NCBI GenBank assembly: GCA_009859145.1
Contig: VRVR01000040.1
Coordinates: forward strand, 184,871 to 248,870
Length of the DNA stretch: 64,000 nt
Reading direction: 5' to 3'
Source: Andalucia godoyi And28
Lineage: Eukaryota > Protista > Jakobida
Part shown: piece by piece, positions 51,133 through 61,379 of the stretch
How positions within the stretch are numbered: the stretch's first letter is position 1
Layout of the letters: each line of letters starts with the position of its first letter
The notes under the pieces: model-generated
Database searches by the model: none
Seen by the model: only the letters and a program-made list of their open reading frames with translations
What the model was told of the DNA's origin: nothing
Program-made: the position numbers and the translations under genes

Positions 51133-52235
51133 ATGAAGGGTGTTGGTGTAATGCATGTTGGAGCGCTGCTGCTGGCGTTGTTTGTCGCGTGTTGTACGTG
51201 CTCAGACGTCCCGACATATGCGCTCATCATCTCCACTTCAAAGTACTGGAACAACTATCGGCACTCTGCAAATGCACTTCGATTTTACAGTATGCATTCT
51301 TCGCTGTTTCGACCCGCCCATCTTCTTTCGCTCTCTTCCAAACACTTATTGGTTTTCGCTCTTCTTCTTCCTCTTTTTTCTTTCTTTTTTCTTTGATAGA
51401 GCTGCTTAGAGAAAGAGGCATTCCAGATTCAAAGATCGTCTTGATGCTTTCGGATTGCCCAGCTTGCAATTCTCGCAATCCGTTTCCTGGACGCGTGTAT
51501 CCTTCCGAGCCCCTTGTTTCCAATTCCAAGGCGTCTCGAGAGGCTGCAGCGGATGTGCCTCCTTCTGGCGCGCAGTCGTTCTACACAAAAAACACAGAAA
51601 TTGACTATCAGGGATTTGAGGTGACTCGGTCTTCGATCCTCACGCACCTGTTTGGGACGTACGGTGCGAGCGTTCCTCCGAGCAAAACACTGGATTTCCA
51701 CTTGAAGAATGACTCGAGTTCTGCGTTCAATCTCGTTATATTCATGACTGGGCATTCCGGAGTGGGATTTGCAAAGCTGCAGGATCACGAGGAAGTCGTG
51801 GACGCCGACTGGGCAGCAGGCATCCACAGCGTTCTTTCGCGATTCCGCAATTCGTATGTGCTATTTATTGCAGATACGTGCCGTGCTGCATCGCTTTTTA
51901 CGAGCATTGAGCTGGAAAATGAGCTGTTTCGCGGGCGCGTCGGCGGTGTAGGGTCATCGGATCTTGTGGGGAACTCGTATGGGTTTCTGTCCAGTTCGAC
52001 CATTGGACAATCCACAATTGATGGATTCTCTGCGAACTTGCGCCTGGACTGGTCCTGGGCCCAGAATGTGAATCACATGAATCGAGTCGGCATCGGATCA
52101 GCTGTCACTTCTGTTGGAACGGTCAAGGAGTGGAGCCAGCTGCTGCCTCTTCACCCGCCGGGCGAAAAGCCATCCGTTGTGCTCGAGTCGGAGAGAGCCG
52201 CTGCATTGCTGAGATGGATCTCCTCACTCACATAA
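51133..52235 (+). CDS. GPI8: GPI-anchor transamidase catalytic subunit (join 51133-51289, 51400-52235)
   Basis: ISTSKYWNNYRHSANAL, RGIPDSKIVLML, ACNSRNPFPG, IDYQGFEVT, MTGHSG (His), ADTCRA (Cys). A 110-nt phase-1 intron restores the frame. Confidence 0.88.
51290..51399 (+). other. Spliceosomal intron (110 nt)
   Basis: GTATGC donor, pyrimidine tract, TAG acceptor; gives RFY-K-LLRERGIPD. Confidence 0.85.
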
Positions 52236-52493
52236 TGAGCAGGAGAGCAATTGCTGCTCCTCCTTCTTTTCCTCTCCTCCTTTCCATTTGTGCCCGTGGC
52301 TTCCATTGCTCCGCTTTCCGGCACGCCCGGCACAACGTTTCTTTTATTTTCTTTATTTTATTTTCTTCTTCTTCTTCTTCTTCTTGTTCTTCTTCTTCTT
52401 CAAAGTCTTGCGTCGACGACATGCTCGAAGCTGCGTTTGTTCCTGCTGATGCGGATGCAAATGCCCGTTAGGTATCGTTAGCTATTTTCAAAT

Positions 52494-52573
52494 GTATTGC
52501 ACAAAGTATTGCACAAAGTATTGCACAAAGTATTGCACAAAGTATTGCACAAAGTATTGCACAAAGTATTGCA
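52494..52573. repeat. (GTATTGCACAAA)6 plus partial copy
   Basis: Six perfect 12-mers plus GTATTGCA. Confidence 0.95.
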
Positions 52574-52950
52574 TCACACAACAGCCCATGGCTCATCATC
52601 GCCCTCCTGCTTATGTCACAAATAAATTCCCCCTCTCTCTTGTTTTCCTTTTGCGTATGCACAGCAGCTGTACGTTGCATTGACGTCCGTCTCCCTTCCA
52701 AAACATTTGCTCCGTCATTGCTGTTTTATTGCCGACGCTTGGACGAGTTCGAAGTTGGTCAAGGAAAAAAAAAATCCTTCAAGTTGCTCATCGAATTTCT
52801 TTTTGCCTCTTCTTTCTAATTCTATTACGATTTCCTTTCTTTATTTCTCTTTTCGTCTGTCGCCTTTCGACTTTTTCCCCCCTTTATTCCGCGTCCACCG
52901 CTTCTTTTTGGGATATATATTTCTTTGGTGCATAGCATACAGAACCGAGA

Positions 52951-53583
52951 ATGTCTGTAACTGAATACGTAGTGAACCAGGGTCTGCTCGACAAGCTTCT
53001 TGCCAATGGCGGCCTTGAAGGGATTTCGAAGGACATGCTTGAGCAGCACTTTGCGCTGTACAAGGGATATGTGACGAACCTGAATGCGCTTCGCAAGGAG
53101 CTTGCAGAGGCGCGTTCGACAGACCCTGCGACCAAGTCCGACCGCCGCCGCCGTCTTGGATTTGAGATGAATGGAGTCGTTCTGCACGAGCTCTACTTTG
53201 CAAACATGACGCCGAAAGGCGCCGCAAAGCCTGCATCAGACGCGGTCAAGAGCGCGATTGCCGCTGCATTTGGATCGTTTGAGGCGTGGGAGAAGGAGTT
53301 CCGCGCAACGGGTGCGACTCGCTCCATTGGATGGGCCGTGTTGTACTACGACCCGTCGACTGGGCAGTTCAACAACCACTTTGTGCAGCTGCACGAAGAC
53401 GGAAACGTTGCAGGATGCCAGCCGCTCGTCGTCATGGACGTCTGGGAGCATGCGTACATCCTCGACTATGGCGCGACTGGAAGACCCAAGTACATCGATT
53501 CGTTCTTCAAGAATGTCGACTGGGAGGTGGTGGAGCGCAGATTCCAGGCTGCAACGCGTGGCGAGATTATCAAGAGAAACTGA
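52951..53583 (+). CDS. sod: Fe/Mn superoxide dismutase, prokaryote (Aquifex)-like subtype
   Basis: Metal ligands EQH, VLHE, DVWEH; LEGIS, YKGYV, RPKYIDSFFKNVDW. Confidence 0.93.
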   Translation: MSVTEYVVNQGLLDKLLANGGLEGISKDMLEQHFALYKGYVTNLNALRKELAEARSTDPATKSDRRRRLGFEMNGVVLHELYFANMTPKGAAKPASDAVKSAIAAAFGSFEAWEKEFRATGATRSIGWAVLYYDPSTGQFNNHFVQLHEDGNVAGCQPLVVMDVWEHAYILDYGATGRPKYIDSFFKNVDWEVVERRFQAATRGEIIKRN

Positions 53584-53754
53584 GTGAGTGCATTCTTCCC
53601 TCACTGCTGCCGCCTCTGGACACGGACCTCGTGGATTCGTTAAAATTAAAAACAACATTCATAATGCATGTTAAAAAAATAAAAGATGGCAGCCTAATCA
53701 CGCATCGGCAGAAAATCATTACTCAAATTTACGTATGCAATAATTGGATGTTGA

Positions 53755-55644
53755 TTAATCGTCGGCTGCGATGTTTTCCGCGGCGAGCTGTGCCTGTGGA
53801 TCCGCTGGATTGTGCTGAATGGTTGCCATTGCAACCAGCTCGTGCGCCAAGACTCTGACACACTCTGAAAAGGTGATTTTGGAATGGCCCCATGGATCGG
53901 CAGCCACAACAACCGCCTCAATCTGCGCTGGGGAGCGGTCAAGAGATCCTGCAACGTCCCTGCAGTTCCTCACGAGTCTTCGAAGTTCGTCACGCGAAAC
54001 AACTCCGTCCTGGTCCTGATCGGCCTCTCGCCACAGCATCACGAACCGACGAAGGAACCGCTCGTGCCCGCGCATCTGGAATTCCAGAAGCACGCGCACA
54101 AGATCGGCATATCTCACCTTGTTCTTTCCGCTGGCTCCGGCACTTACATGGCCGTTGGAAGACGGCGAGATGAGGAACGGACGGACGGCCATCATGATGC
54201 CGACCACGTCATCCTGGTTGTACATGTACCGTACAACATCCACCCACTCGTCTTCGGCAAGCACGCCGCCCACACGTTTTTCCACAAGGTGCGAGATCTC
54301 ATCATCTCGCTTGAGCGGATGCTTGCCTTGCAAGTGCACTCGCACAAGTTCCTTGACTGTGGCTTTCAACTGCGTTTGCACATGGCGGAATTCGTCATCA
54401 ATCTCGCAACGAAGGATCTTGCGGAAGACTGCAACATCGGGATCGTCGGCAGAGAACCGTGCGACCGCGGCCGCAAGCGCCGATGCGTGCTCTGCAACGA
54501 TGGGGCGGAGCCCATATCGCGTTGACAGAAACGACGCAACATGCTGCTCCATCGTCTCGAGCGGTAAGTGCATGGAAATTGCCTTCTGGTCCGCCTTTGC
54601 TTTTGATGCATAGATTTCGTCCATCAGTTCGTGCAACTGGCGCAGCGAAAGTGCCTTTCCGCTTCCGCCGTATACAGGCGTCGTCGTCGTCGACCCGGGG
54701 TTGGAGCTGGCGTTTCCAGAATTGTGTGCACTCATGGGCCGTCGCAGCGGGCTTCCCATCGCATTTCCTCCAGAACCTGCAGCTGCTGTCGGGCCCGACC
54801 CCGCCCCCGCAGCCGAGGCGGACGAGGAATAAGAGTGGCCAGAGACGGGTGACGAAGATGCGAGTGTGACTTGCTTCAGTCGAGCAAGCAGTCTCTGGTT
54901 CTCCGCTCGAAGTGAGGCGTTTTCTTCCAGAGCTGCACGCTTCTCTGCTTCATGACGGGTCTCCATTTCCGCTCGTGAATTGGCAAACAGAGCAGTTTCT
55001 TTTTCCAACGTCTCTGCAGCCTCGAGAAGCTCTGCTGTTTCCTTTTCTGCGCGCAGCAATTCCGACTGCAACGCATGGATTCTCGATGCATATGCGCCTC
55101 GGACATCGCTCAGCAGTTGAAGGACCTCTGCATTCGCAACGCTCCCTCCAGACGCCCGAATGGAAGCTTCCTTCTGCTCCAAAAATGGATCTGCATTCAT
55201 CGACGCCGCCTTGCCCGCCGACGAGGACGAGGACGAGGACGAGGAACTTGCCTGCGCAAGCGGCTTTCCATTAATGGAGCGCAGGTTGGGACACAGTAGC
55301 AGCGCTTCTTGGATGTTCGCTTGGTTGTCAATCCACAGAGACTGCAGCCGCGGCAAGTGCGACAGGTTTGAGATATCCGATAGTGCGTCGTTCGACCGAA
55401 GATCTAGCGAATGCAAGAGAGGGTACACATTGTGGATCGCTGGCACAGAGCGCAAGTCACAGTGCTGCATCGACAGGATCTTGATTCCAGGAAGCTGAGA
55501 CAAGAGCGACGGGTGTCCATGGGAAACCGCGAACAGAGACGCCGGAATCGAACGGTGGTCAAGAGAAAGCGACAGCGCAGAAGAGTTCGTTGCCGCAAGA
55601 TGCGAAATGTGGCGACTTAGCGCATCCTGATTGCTGCTTGACAT
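53755..55644 (-). CDS. LRR + coiled-coil + C-terminal EF-hand protein
   Basis: LRRs (LHSLDLRSN, LQSLWID), coiled coil, block ETMEQHVASFLSTRYGL, EF loop DQDQDGVVSRDEL. Likely ATG 55644. Confidence 0.8.
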   Translation of the reverse strand: MSSSNQDALSRHISHLAATNSSALSLSLDHRSIPASLFAVSHGHPSLLSQLPGIKILSMQHCDLRSVPAIHNVYPLLHSLDLRSNDALSDISNLSHLPRLQSLWIDNQANIQEALLLCPNLRSINGKPLAQASSSSSSSSSSAGKAASMNADPFLEQKEASIRASGGSVANAEVLQLLSDVRGAYASRIHALQSELLRAEKETAELLEAAETLEKETALFANSRAEMETRHEAEKRAALEENASLRAENQRLLARLKQVTLASSSPVSGHSYSSSASAAGAGSGPTAAAGSGGNAMGSPLRRPMSAHNSGNASSNPGSTTTTPVYGGSGKALSLRQLHELMDEIYASKAKADQKAISMHLPLETMEQHVASFLSTRYGLRPIVAEHASALAAAVARFSADDPDVAVFRKILRCEIDDEFRHVQTQLKATVKELVRVHLQGKHPLKRDDEISHLVEKRVGGVLAEDEWVDVVRYMYNQDDVVGIMMAVRPFLISPSSNGHVSAGASGKNKVRYADLVRVLLEFQMRGHERFLRRFVMLWREADQDQDGVVSRDELRRLVRNCRDVAGSLDRSPAQIEAVVVAADPWGHSKITFSECVRVLAHELVAMATIQHNPADPQAQLAAENIAADD

Positions 55645-58600
55645 GTCGTGGGCGTTTTCTCGTTTTCTCGTTTTCTCGTTTCTCTTCTTCTTCTTCTTCT
55701 TCTGTTCCTCAAAATCCAAGCGTCTCTTTTCCTTTTTGTGTGTTATAAAATCCTTCTTTTTTCCCTTCTTTTTGGTGCGTATTTTCTCTTCATTGTGGTT
55801 ATTGGGTTTCGAGGCAAGGCGCAAAAAGCCCACAGAGCAGCCGTTGAGGGTTTGCTTGAGGCAGCACTTGACGCTAGGATTCAAAAGACAAAAAACTTTT
55901 ACAAGCGCTGTTGATGGGAAACGGGGGCTCCTTAGCGCGTCCATGCGAGCAAGGGCCGGGGGCTAGTCTACGCGGTCCGCGGTGGGAATACGGAGGTCAT
56001 GGGCTCTGGATTGCAGCTCATGACTCTGCAACGGCCGTCAAATTGACGCTGTTGTGTGGTGGCGGTGTCTGTTTTGTCCTTGTGTGGAGACATTTTGGTC
56101 ACCGGGAGAAACCGGTGGCATGACGCCGAGGACACCGACCGCCGGGATTGAGAGATGACGAGCACCCCCCTTTCGGCGAAGCGAAGGCTCTGCACTGGGT
56201 AGCGCGGTCGGCATGCAAACCCTACCCCGATGGGATCCACATACTCGGATGACACCCCCAACCCACCGCCGAAAGATGCATGCACTTGTTGTCGCAAAAC
56301 GATCCCATCGTCCGTCAACACACAGAAACCAACCTCGGCTTTGCTCCCCAGCGGGCGTCATGTCCATCGGTATAAGAGTGTCTATGACTCGGGAAAAAAC
56401 GCGGCTTCGAACACATGATGGCAGTGCATGCATGTATGCAGGCTCCAGCAGTACGCGTGCCCTCCTCCCCTCTCCTTCTGTGATGGTGGGTCGTAACTTC
56501 CTTCGATACTGTTGTGCTTTACTTTTGCGAATTCAACGCATCAAGGGGCGCTGAAGGCGGTACGTCCAAGCATCTTCCGTCCCCCGCAGGATCTAGTAGC
56601 CAAGTGTACAGAGACGAGTCGAAGCTTGCAATTCACGGTGGTGTAGGGGAGAGGTTGCTTTCGGAGTAACGGGAATCCTGGCGACTGGCGACTGCGCGGA
56701 CGTGACTCGCGCGCCTTTCCCCCAAATCCACCATCCGCTTGTCAATCGCTTTGGGCCATCTGCGTCAAACGCGTTCCACGCACAGCCCCTCGCCCTTTCG
56801 CAGAGTTCCGTAAAACATTGTGTGGTTGCATTCCGAATGCCTTGAGTAGCATACAAGCAAACATACACGGATCACACGCATCCCCATCCAACTGTTGAAT
56901 TAAAAAGGAATAGCGTGGGCACGTGTGCACGGATACAAAACTGTTTGCTAAGGAGACCGCCGTACGACGTGCTTCCACGGCAGATGGGGTGTCCCCTCCC
57001 CTCCCTCTCCCCGGTCTCCGCCTTTTGGTCAAGTGCCAGGCCTTCCATAGCAAACAGCAGCAGCGGGCAGCAAGCGAGCAACACTGTCGCACAGCACTGG
57101 CCACAAGCCCTCGTTCGAGGACATCTTGCTTGATGGCAAGAGCGCAGTGCTTTTTGCAGATGTGCCAATGAAGGAGCGCCCCAAGTGAATCACCCTCAGA
57201 GTGAAAAACATCATCACGACGCACAGCATAAACGAGTCGACATGATCAGTGCAGAGGGGGAAGAAAGACAGGGTGTGTGGCAGAACACCACGCAGTTCAA
57301 GAGTGTACAAAAGACGAAGAAGAAGAAGAAGAAGAAGAAATAAAAACGGCGAAACGGACCGCCTGGCCCCTCAGCCAACGGGCTGCTGCTGTTGATGCGC
57401 CATTTTTTTGTGTGAAGTTGGTAAAACAAAGAAGAACACACAGTGTCCAAACCACCACCGTCCATTATGCAGTCGTTTGACCCTTTGTCGTCTTCCCCTG
57501 CGCGCCGGTGAACTGTGCCTTGGTTGATTCCTGGAAGGTGATAAAACGTTTTCATGCGACGACTGCTACCATTGCTACGGCGGTCACCGACGCAGCAGGG
57601 GAAAGGCGACAAAAGGGGGCTTGCTATAAGGGTTGACGGAAACGCATGACGCCTCGTCGCTTCCCCCACCTCCGGCGCATAATCGTAGGCATTCCACCAC
57701 AAACATTACCTCGTCTGTCCAGACATTTTTGTTTTGGGCTTCTTGCTCCCATCGCTCATCGTCCGCACGCCTTGCCCGGCAGCCGTGATGTCGTCAACAA
57801 AAGCATTCTGCAATAGGAAATTTAAATCACGGCCTGTCATGTCCACGCCTTCCCCCCCCACCGCTCCGGGGAGTCCCTCGCGTTTCCGAAGACTTGGGGG
57901 AAGTCGCCAACTTTAGAAATAGTGTTGTTCTCGCGTCATATTTGGCCATTCAACCAATATTGGATAATGCTGCTCTCCGGAGTTCGACAGCGCTTTTCTG
58001 CCCTTCCGTAGACAATTTGATGTGCGAAGACGGTATCGTCTGCCGGCACAGTGCAAACATCGCTGCGCCATGCAAGTAGAAGCGGGAGCTTCGTCACAGC
58101 GGAAGCACATCCGAGTCTCCCGGATTGAAAAGCGAGCATTCGACTTCTGGTTTGAGCTGTCCGATACGGGCGTGATGACTTGTATGAGATCGGTGATACG
58201 ATGCAAAACAGGTGCTGAAACATGACGGACATTTCCGGTGGTGCTCGCGCATGGAGAGTTCCAGTAGCTTCCCTCGGCGGGGGCGATCTTGTGTCCTTCC
58301 CCGCACAAACAAGCATGTCCTCGCACACGAGGTTTCCGTTCTCCGCTGCGGAGCTGGGTGCAAATGCTTCCGCGGGTGTGAAAAACGAGTCCACGTTGAG
58401 CCCTTTCCCATGTCTGCCTGCACCAGTCGGTTTTCGCTATTCTGTAGTCTGCTCGCATGAAGCACACTCAACTTGGATGTGCTGCTCGACCTTCGGTGTA
58501 TGACGGTTCCTTGTAACAGACGGAGATACAACATCCGGGCTAGCGTCTCGTCGCACCCCCCGCCTACTGCCTCTCAAATATTCCGAGTCCGTGTGTCTCT

Positions 58601-59018
58601 ATCCTCAATCGCTTGTGATTGTTGCCATATTTGCTTCTCGTACAGTTCCTAGGAACCCGTATGCATCTCTTCAACCGGTTCCTGCCTCCCATTCTTGACC
58701 ACTTTTCCCAAAATTCCAATTTCCATCCGTCCCGCTCTCCTCTGATCCATTCAACTTTTGCTGCGTTGACCAAAAAGCTCCCTCCTTTTTTCGCACAACG
58801 TTCGACTTCTTTCTTTTTTCGAACATTTTTATACATTTTTTTCTCCCCTCTCGACCCACCTTCTTCTCCGTCATCTGCTTTCCCAGAATCGCAGCGGTTT
58901 TGTCAACCCCCACCCCCCCTCTCCCCCCCCTCTTTACACAGACCTGTTTCCATTTGTGTGAAACACCATCTAGATATTTATACTGTTCGCCGTGTGCCTG
59001 TCGACTCTTGGTATCTGA

Positions 59019-61379
59019 ATGTCCGAAGGTTTTCGAGCTTCTGATCAGCAACCGATGCCACCGCACCTCGTTCAGACGACCGCACATCAAGCATATGCAA
59101 ACACCAGTGGCTCTCCAAATAATATCCCTAGTTTCCAGCCCCAATCATCATCACTGAGCCCTTTAGCAGGCAGCATGATCCAAAGCAATACAAATTCGAG
59201 ATCGTACCATCCGCACATGCATGGGTTCCCGCCGACAACCTCCGCTGCAAATCCCCAGTCCTCTGCAATGCCGCAAGCAGGCTATGCTCAGCAATATGCT
59301 AACCCAGCTGGCTCGCAGTACCCGTCTTCTGGAAACTCGTCCAACGCTGCTGGTGTGTCGGGCAACGCCGGGCAGAGTCTTGTGGAGACAGCCCAGATAC
59401 AACTGGGTGGAAGCCATGGCGCACATGATCATGGCACCTCATCACAGTACTACGCCCGACAACCGGGCGGCTCCCAGAATGGCGCGCAGCATCCGCAATT
59501 GTTCCAGCAGCAGCTATTCCAGCAGCAATCTGCAATGCAGAACATGCAAGGAAAACAAGGATCAATGGGAACCGTGTATTTGCAGAATCCACATTCTTTG
59601 AATCCAGTGCAGTTGGACCAACATCCCACCAACGGCGCTGCAGGAAACGCAAATTCTGGGGTGTCCGGACTGGTGAATCTGTCGAGCGCTGCTGCGAATG
59701 GATTTACCGTTGGAAGTGGTGTTGCAACAAATGGAGCACTGCTGCCGAGCATTCCGGATTCTCTTTCTCTGGTTCACATGCAGCAGCACCAGCAGCAGCA
59801 ACAACAGCAGCACCAGCAACAACAACAGCAACAACAATTACATCAACAGCTGCACCAGCAACATCAACAGCAACATCAACAGCAGCAGCAGCTGTTGTCT
59901 TCCGGAGGCCAGCCTGGGATGGCGCAACCCATTGGTCTCATGGGACAGCAAATGCAGCAGCACAATCCAATATATGGTTCGCAAGGAAGTGCGCCGTCCG
60001 GGACGATGCAGCCGACTTCCAACTTTGCGTACGGAATGCAGTTTCCGCCTGGTGTGTATGCTCCCCAAGGAATGCACAATACTCCTGCTCAGAACTTTGG
60101 ACAATATCCGATGCCTGCTCAGTATCCGGGGTTGTCTTACCAGGGCGGTCCGAATGCCGTGGATTCTGGATTTCAAGGGGCAGTCTCTGCGCAGGCGATG
60201 GACCAGTGGGCGGCACTGCATCATGGAAATGCAAATGCAGGGTATCCGATGACTGGTCCGGGCGAGTTGCAATCAATCAGCCCATTCTCGTCTCCCTTGT
60301 CGACCATTAAGCTTTCTCCCGAAGAAGAAGAGCTTCTGGCTCGAGTCACTCCAGAGCCGAGAAGGCCCGTGTCCTCGTTTTTCTTGTACTGTGTTGCCAA
60401 TCGATCGGAAATGAGAAACGAGTATCCGGACCTTAAGTCGTCAGAGGTGACCGAGGTACTCGCAAGAAAATGGGCTTCGATGTCGCCGGACGAAAAACAT
60501 CAATATGAACAGAAGGCAGACCAGGATCGCCGGGAGTATCACCGATTGAAAGACCAACATAAGCGCGATGTCGATCATCTTCCTGCGACTCTTCGATCGG
60601 TTTATCTGGCCCGACAAGGCAAGTTGGATCCGCAGACGCAGAGCCAGCCATACAACAGCTATGATGCGGGTTTGCCGAGGCCGATGAGCGCGGACTCTCA
60701 TCTTCCTTACCATTCCAGTGCCCCGGCTGGCAGCGTGTCGCTTGGTGGAAATGTGCCTCCTGCAATGACAGGCTCCCATTCATACCCTGCTCTTGGCCAG
60801 TACACGCAAGCCGGGTTGATGCACTATGGTGGTCCTCCAGAATACGGAATGACCCTGTCGTCGCGAAGCGGTCCGTCGTCCGAGGACGTGTCTCGATGGA
60901 GGGCATCAGGCATCGCTAATCGCGCGCGGGGTGGCCTTCATGAGCTTCGCGGGACGGACGGAGCTTATCAATTTGGAGAGGGTTCCTTTAGCTACACGCG
61001 CGAAGATGCGGACGCAGATTTGAACGCTCCGTCTTCAAAGCGACGAAAAGAAAAAGATCCGAACGCACCGAAAAAGCCGACGCCGATCTTCATCTATTTC
61101 TGCATGGAGAATCGCAATGCTGTTCGTCAGCAGTTTCCGCACCTCAAGCCTTCTGAATTCCAGGCAAAGATGGGAGAGCTGTTTCGTTCCCTTACGTCAG
61201 AGCAGTTGGTTCCGTTTAAGAAAATGGCTGAGGACGACATGAGGCGCTACATGACTGAGATGTCCAGCTACCGATCGAGTGGCAAGAGGAATGAAGAGCC
61301 CACTTCGGATGATTCCACAGAGGAAGCAGACAGTAACAGAGACGGAAAACCAAGTGACAGGAGAAAGAAGAACCAGTAG
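59019..61379 (+). CDS. Gln-rich protein with two HMG boxes
   Basis: PRRPVSSFFLY...KW..MSPDEK..Y and KDPNAPKKPTPIFIYF...FRSLT..Q..F; polyQ N-terminal half. Confidence 0.9.
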   Translation: MSEGFRASDQQPMPPHLVQTTAHQAYANTSGSPNNIPSFQPQSSSLSPLAGSMIQSNTNSRSYHPHMHGFPPTTSAANPQSSAMPQAGYAQQYANPAGSQYPSSGNSSNAAGVSGNAGQSLVETAQIQLGGSHGAHDHGTSSQYYARQPGGSQNGAQHPQLFQQQLFQQQSAMQNMQGKQGSMGTVYLQNPHSLNPVQLDQHPTNGAAGNANSGVSGLVNLSSAAANGFTVGSGVATNGALLPSIPDSLSLVHMQQHQQQQQQQHQQQQQQQQLHQQLHQQHQQQHQQQQQLLSSGGQPGMAQPIGLMGQQMQQHNPIYGSQGSAPSGTMQPTSNFAYGMQFPPGVYAPQGMHNTPAQNFGQYPMPAQYPGLSYQGGPNAVDSGFQGAVSAQAMDQWAALHHGNANAGYPMTGPGELQSISPFSSPLSTIKLSPEEEELLARVTPEPRRPVSSFFLYCVANRSEMRNEYPDLKSSEVTEVLARKWASMSPDEKHQYEQKADQDRREYHRLKDQHKRDVDHLPATLRSVYLARQGKLDPQTQSQPYNSYDAGLPRPMSADSHLPYHSSAPAGSVSLGGNVPPAMTGSHSYPALGQYTQAGLMHYGGPPEYGMTLSSRSGPSSEDVSRWRASGIANRARGGLHELRGTDGAYQFGEGSFSYTREDADADLNAPSSKRRKEKDPNAPKKPTPIFIYFCMENRNAVRQQFPHLKPSEFQAKMGELFRSLTSEQLVPFKKMAEDDMRRYMTEMSSYRSSGKRNEEPTSDDSTEEADSNRDGKPSDRRKKNQ

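Noticed and set aside
52494-52573. CRISPR-like array
   Set aside because: The repeats are contiguous with no spacers, there are no cas genes, and the context is eukaryotic.
16382-53583. Redox/glutathione theme (PCS, Sec-redoxin, MMACHC, MAPEG, SOD) as a gene cluster
   Set aside because: The genes are scattered over 37 kb among unrelated genes; there is no evidence of a functional cluster.
55961-55980. RNase P/MRP CR-V-like AGACUA on the minus strand
   Set aside because: It fails the ACNNNANNNNGNNUA consensus and no matching CR-I was found.
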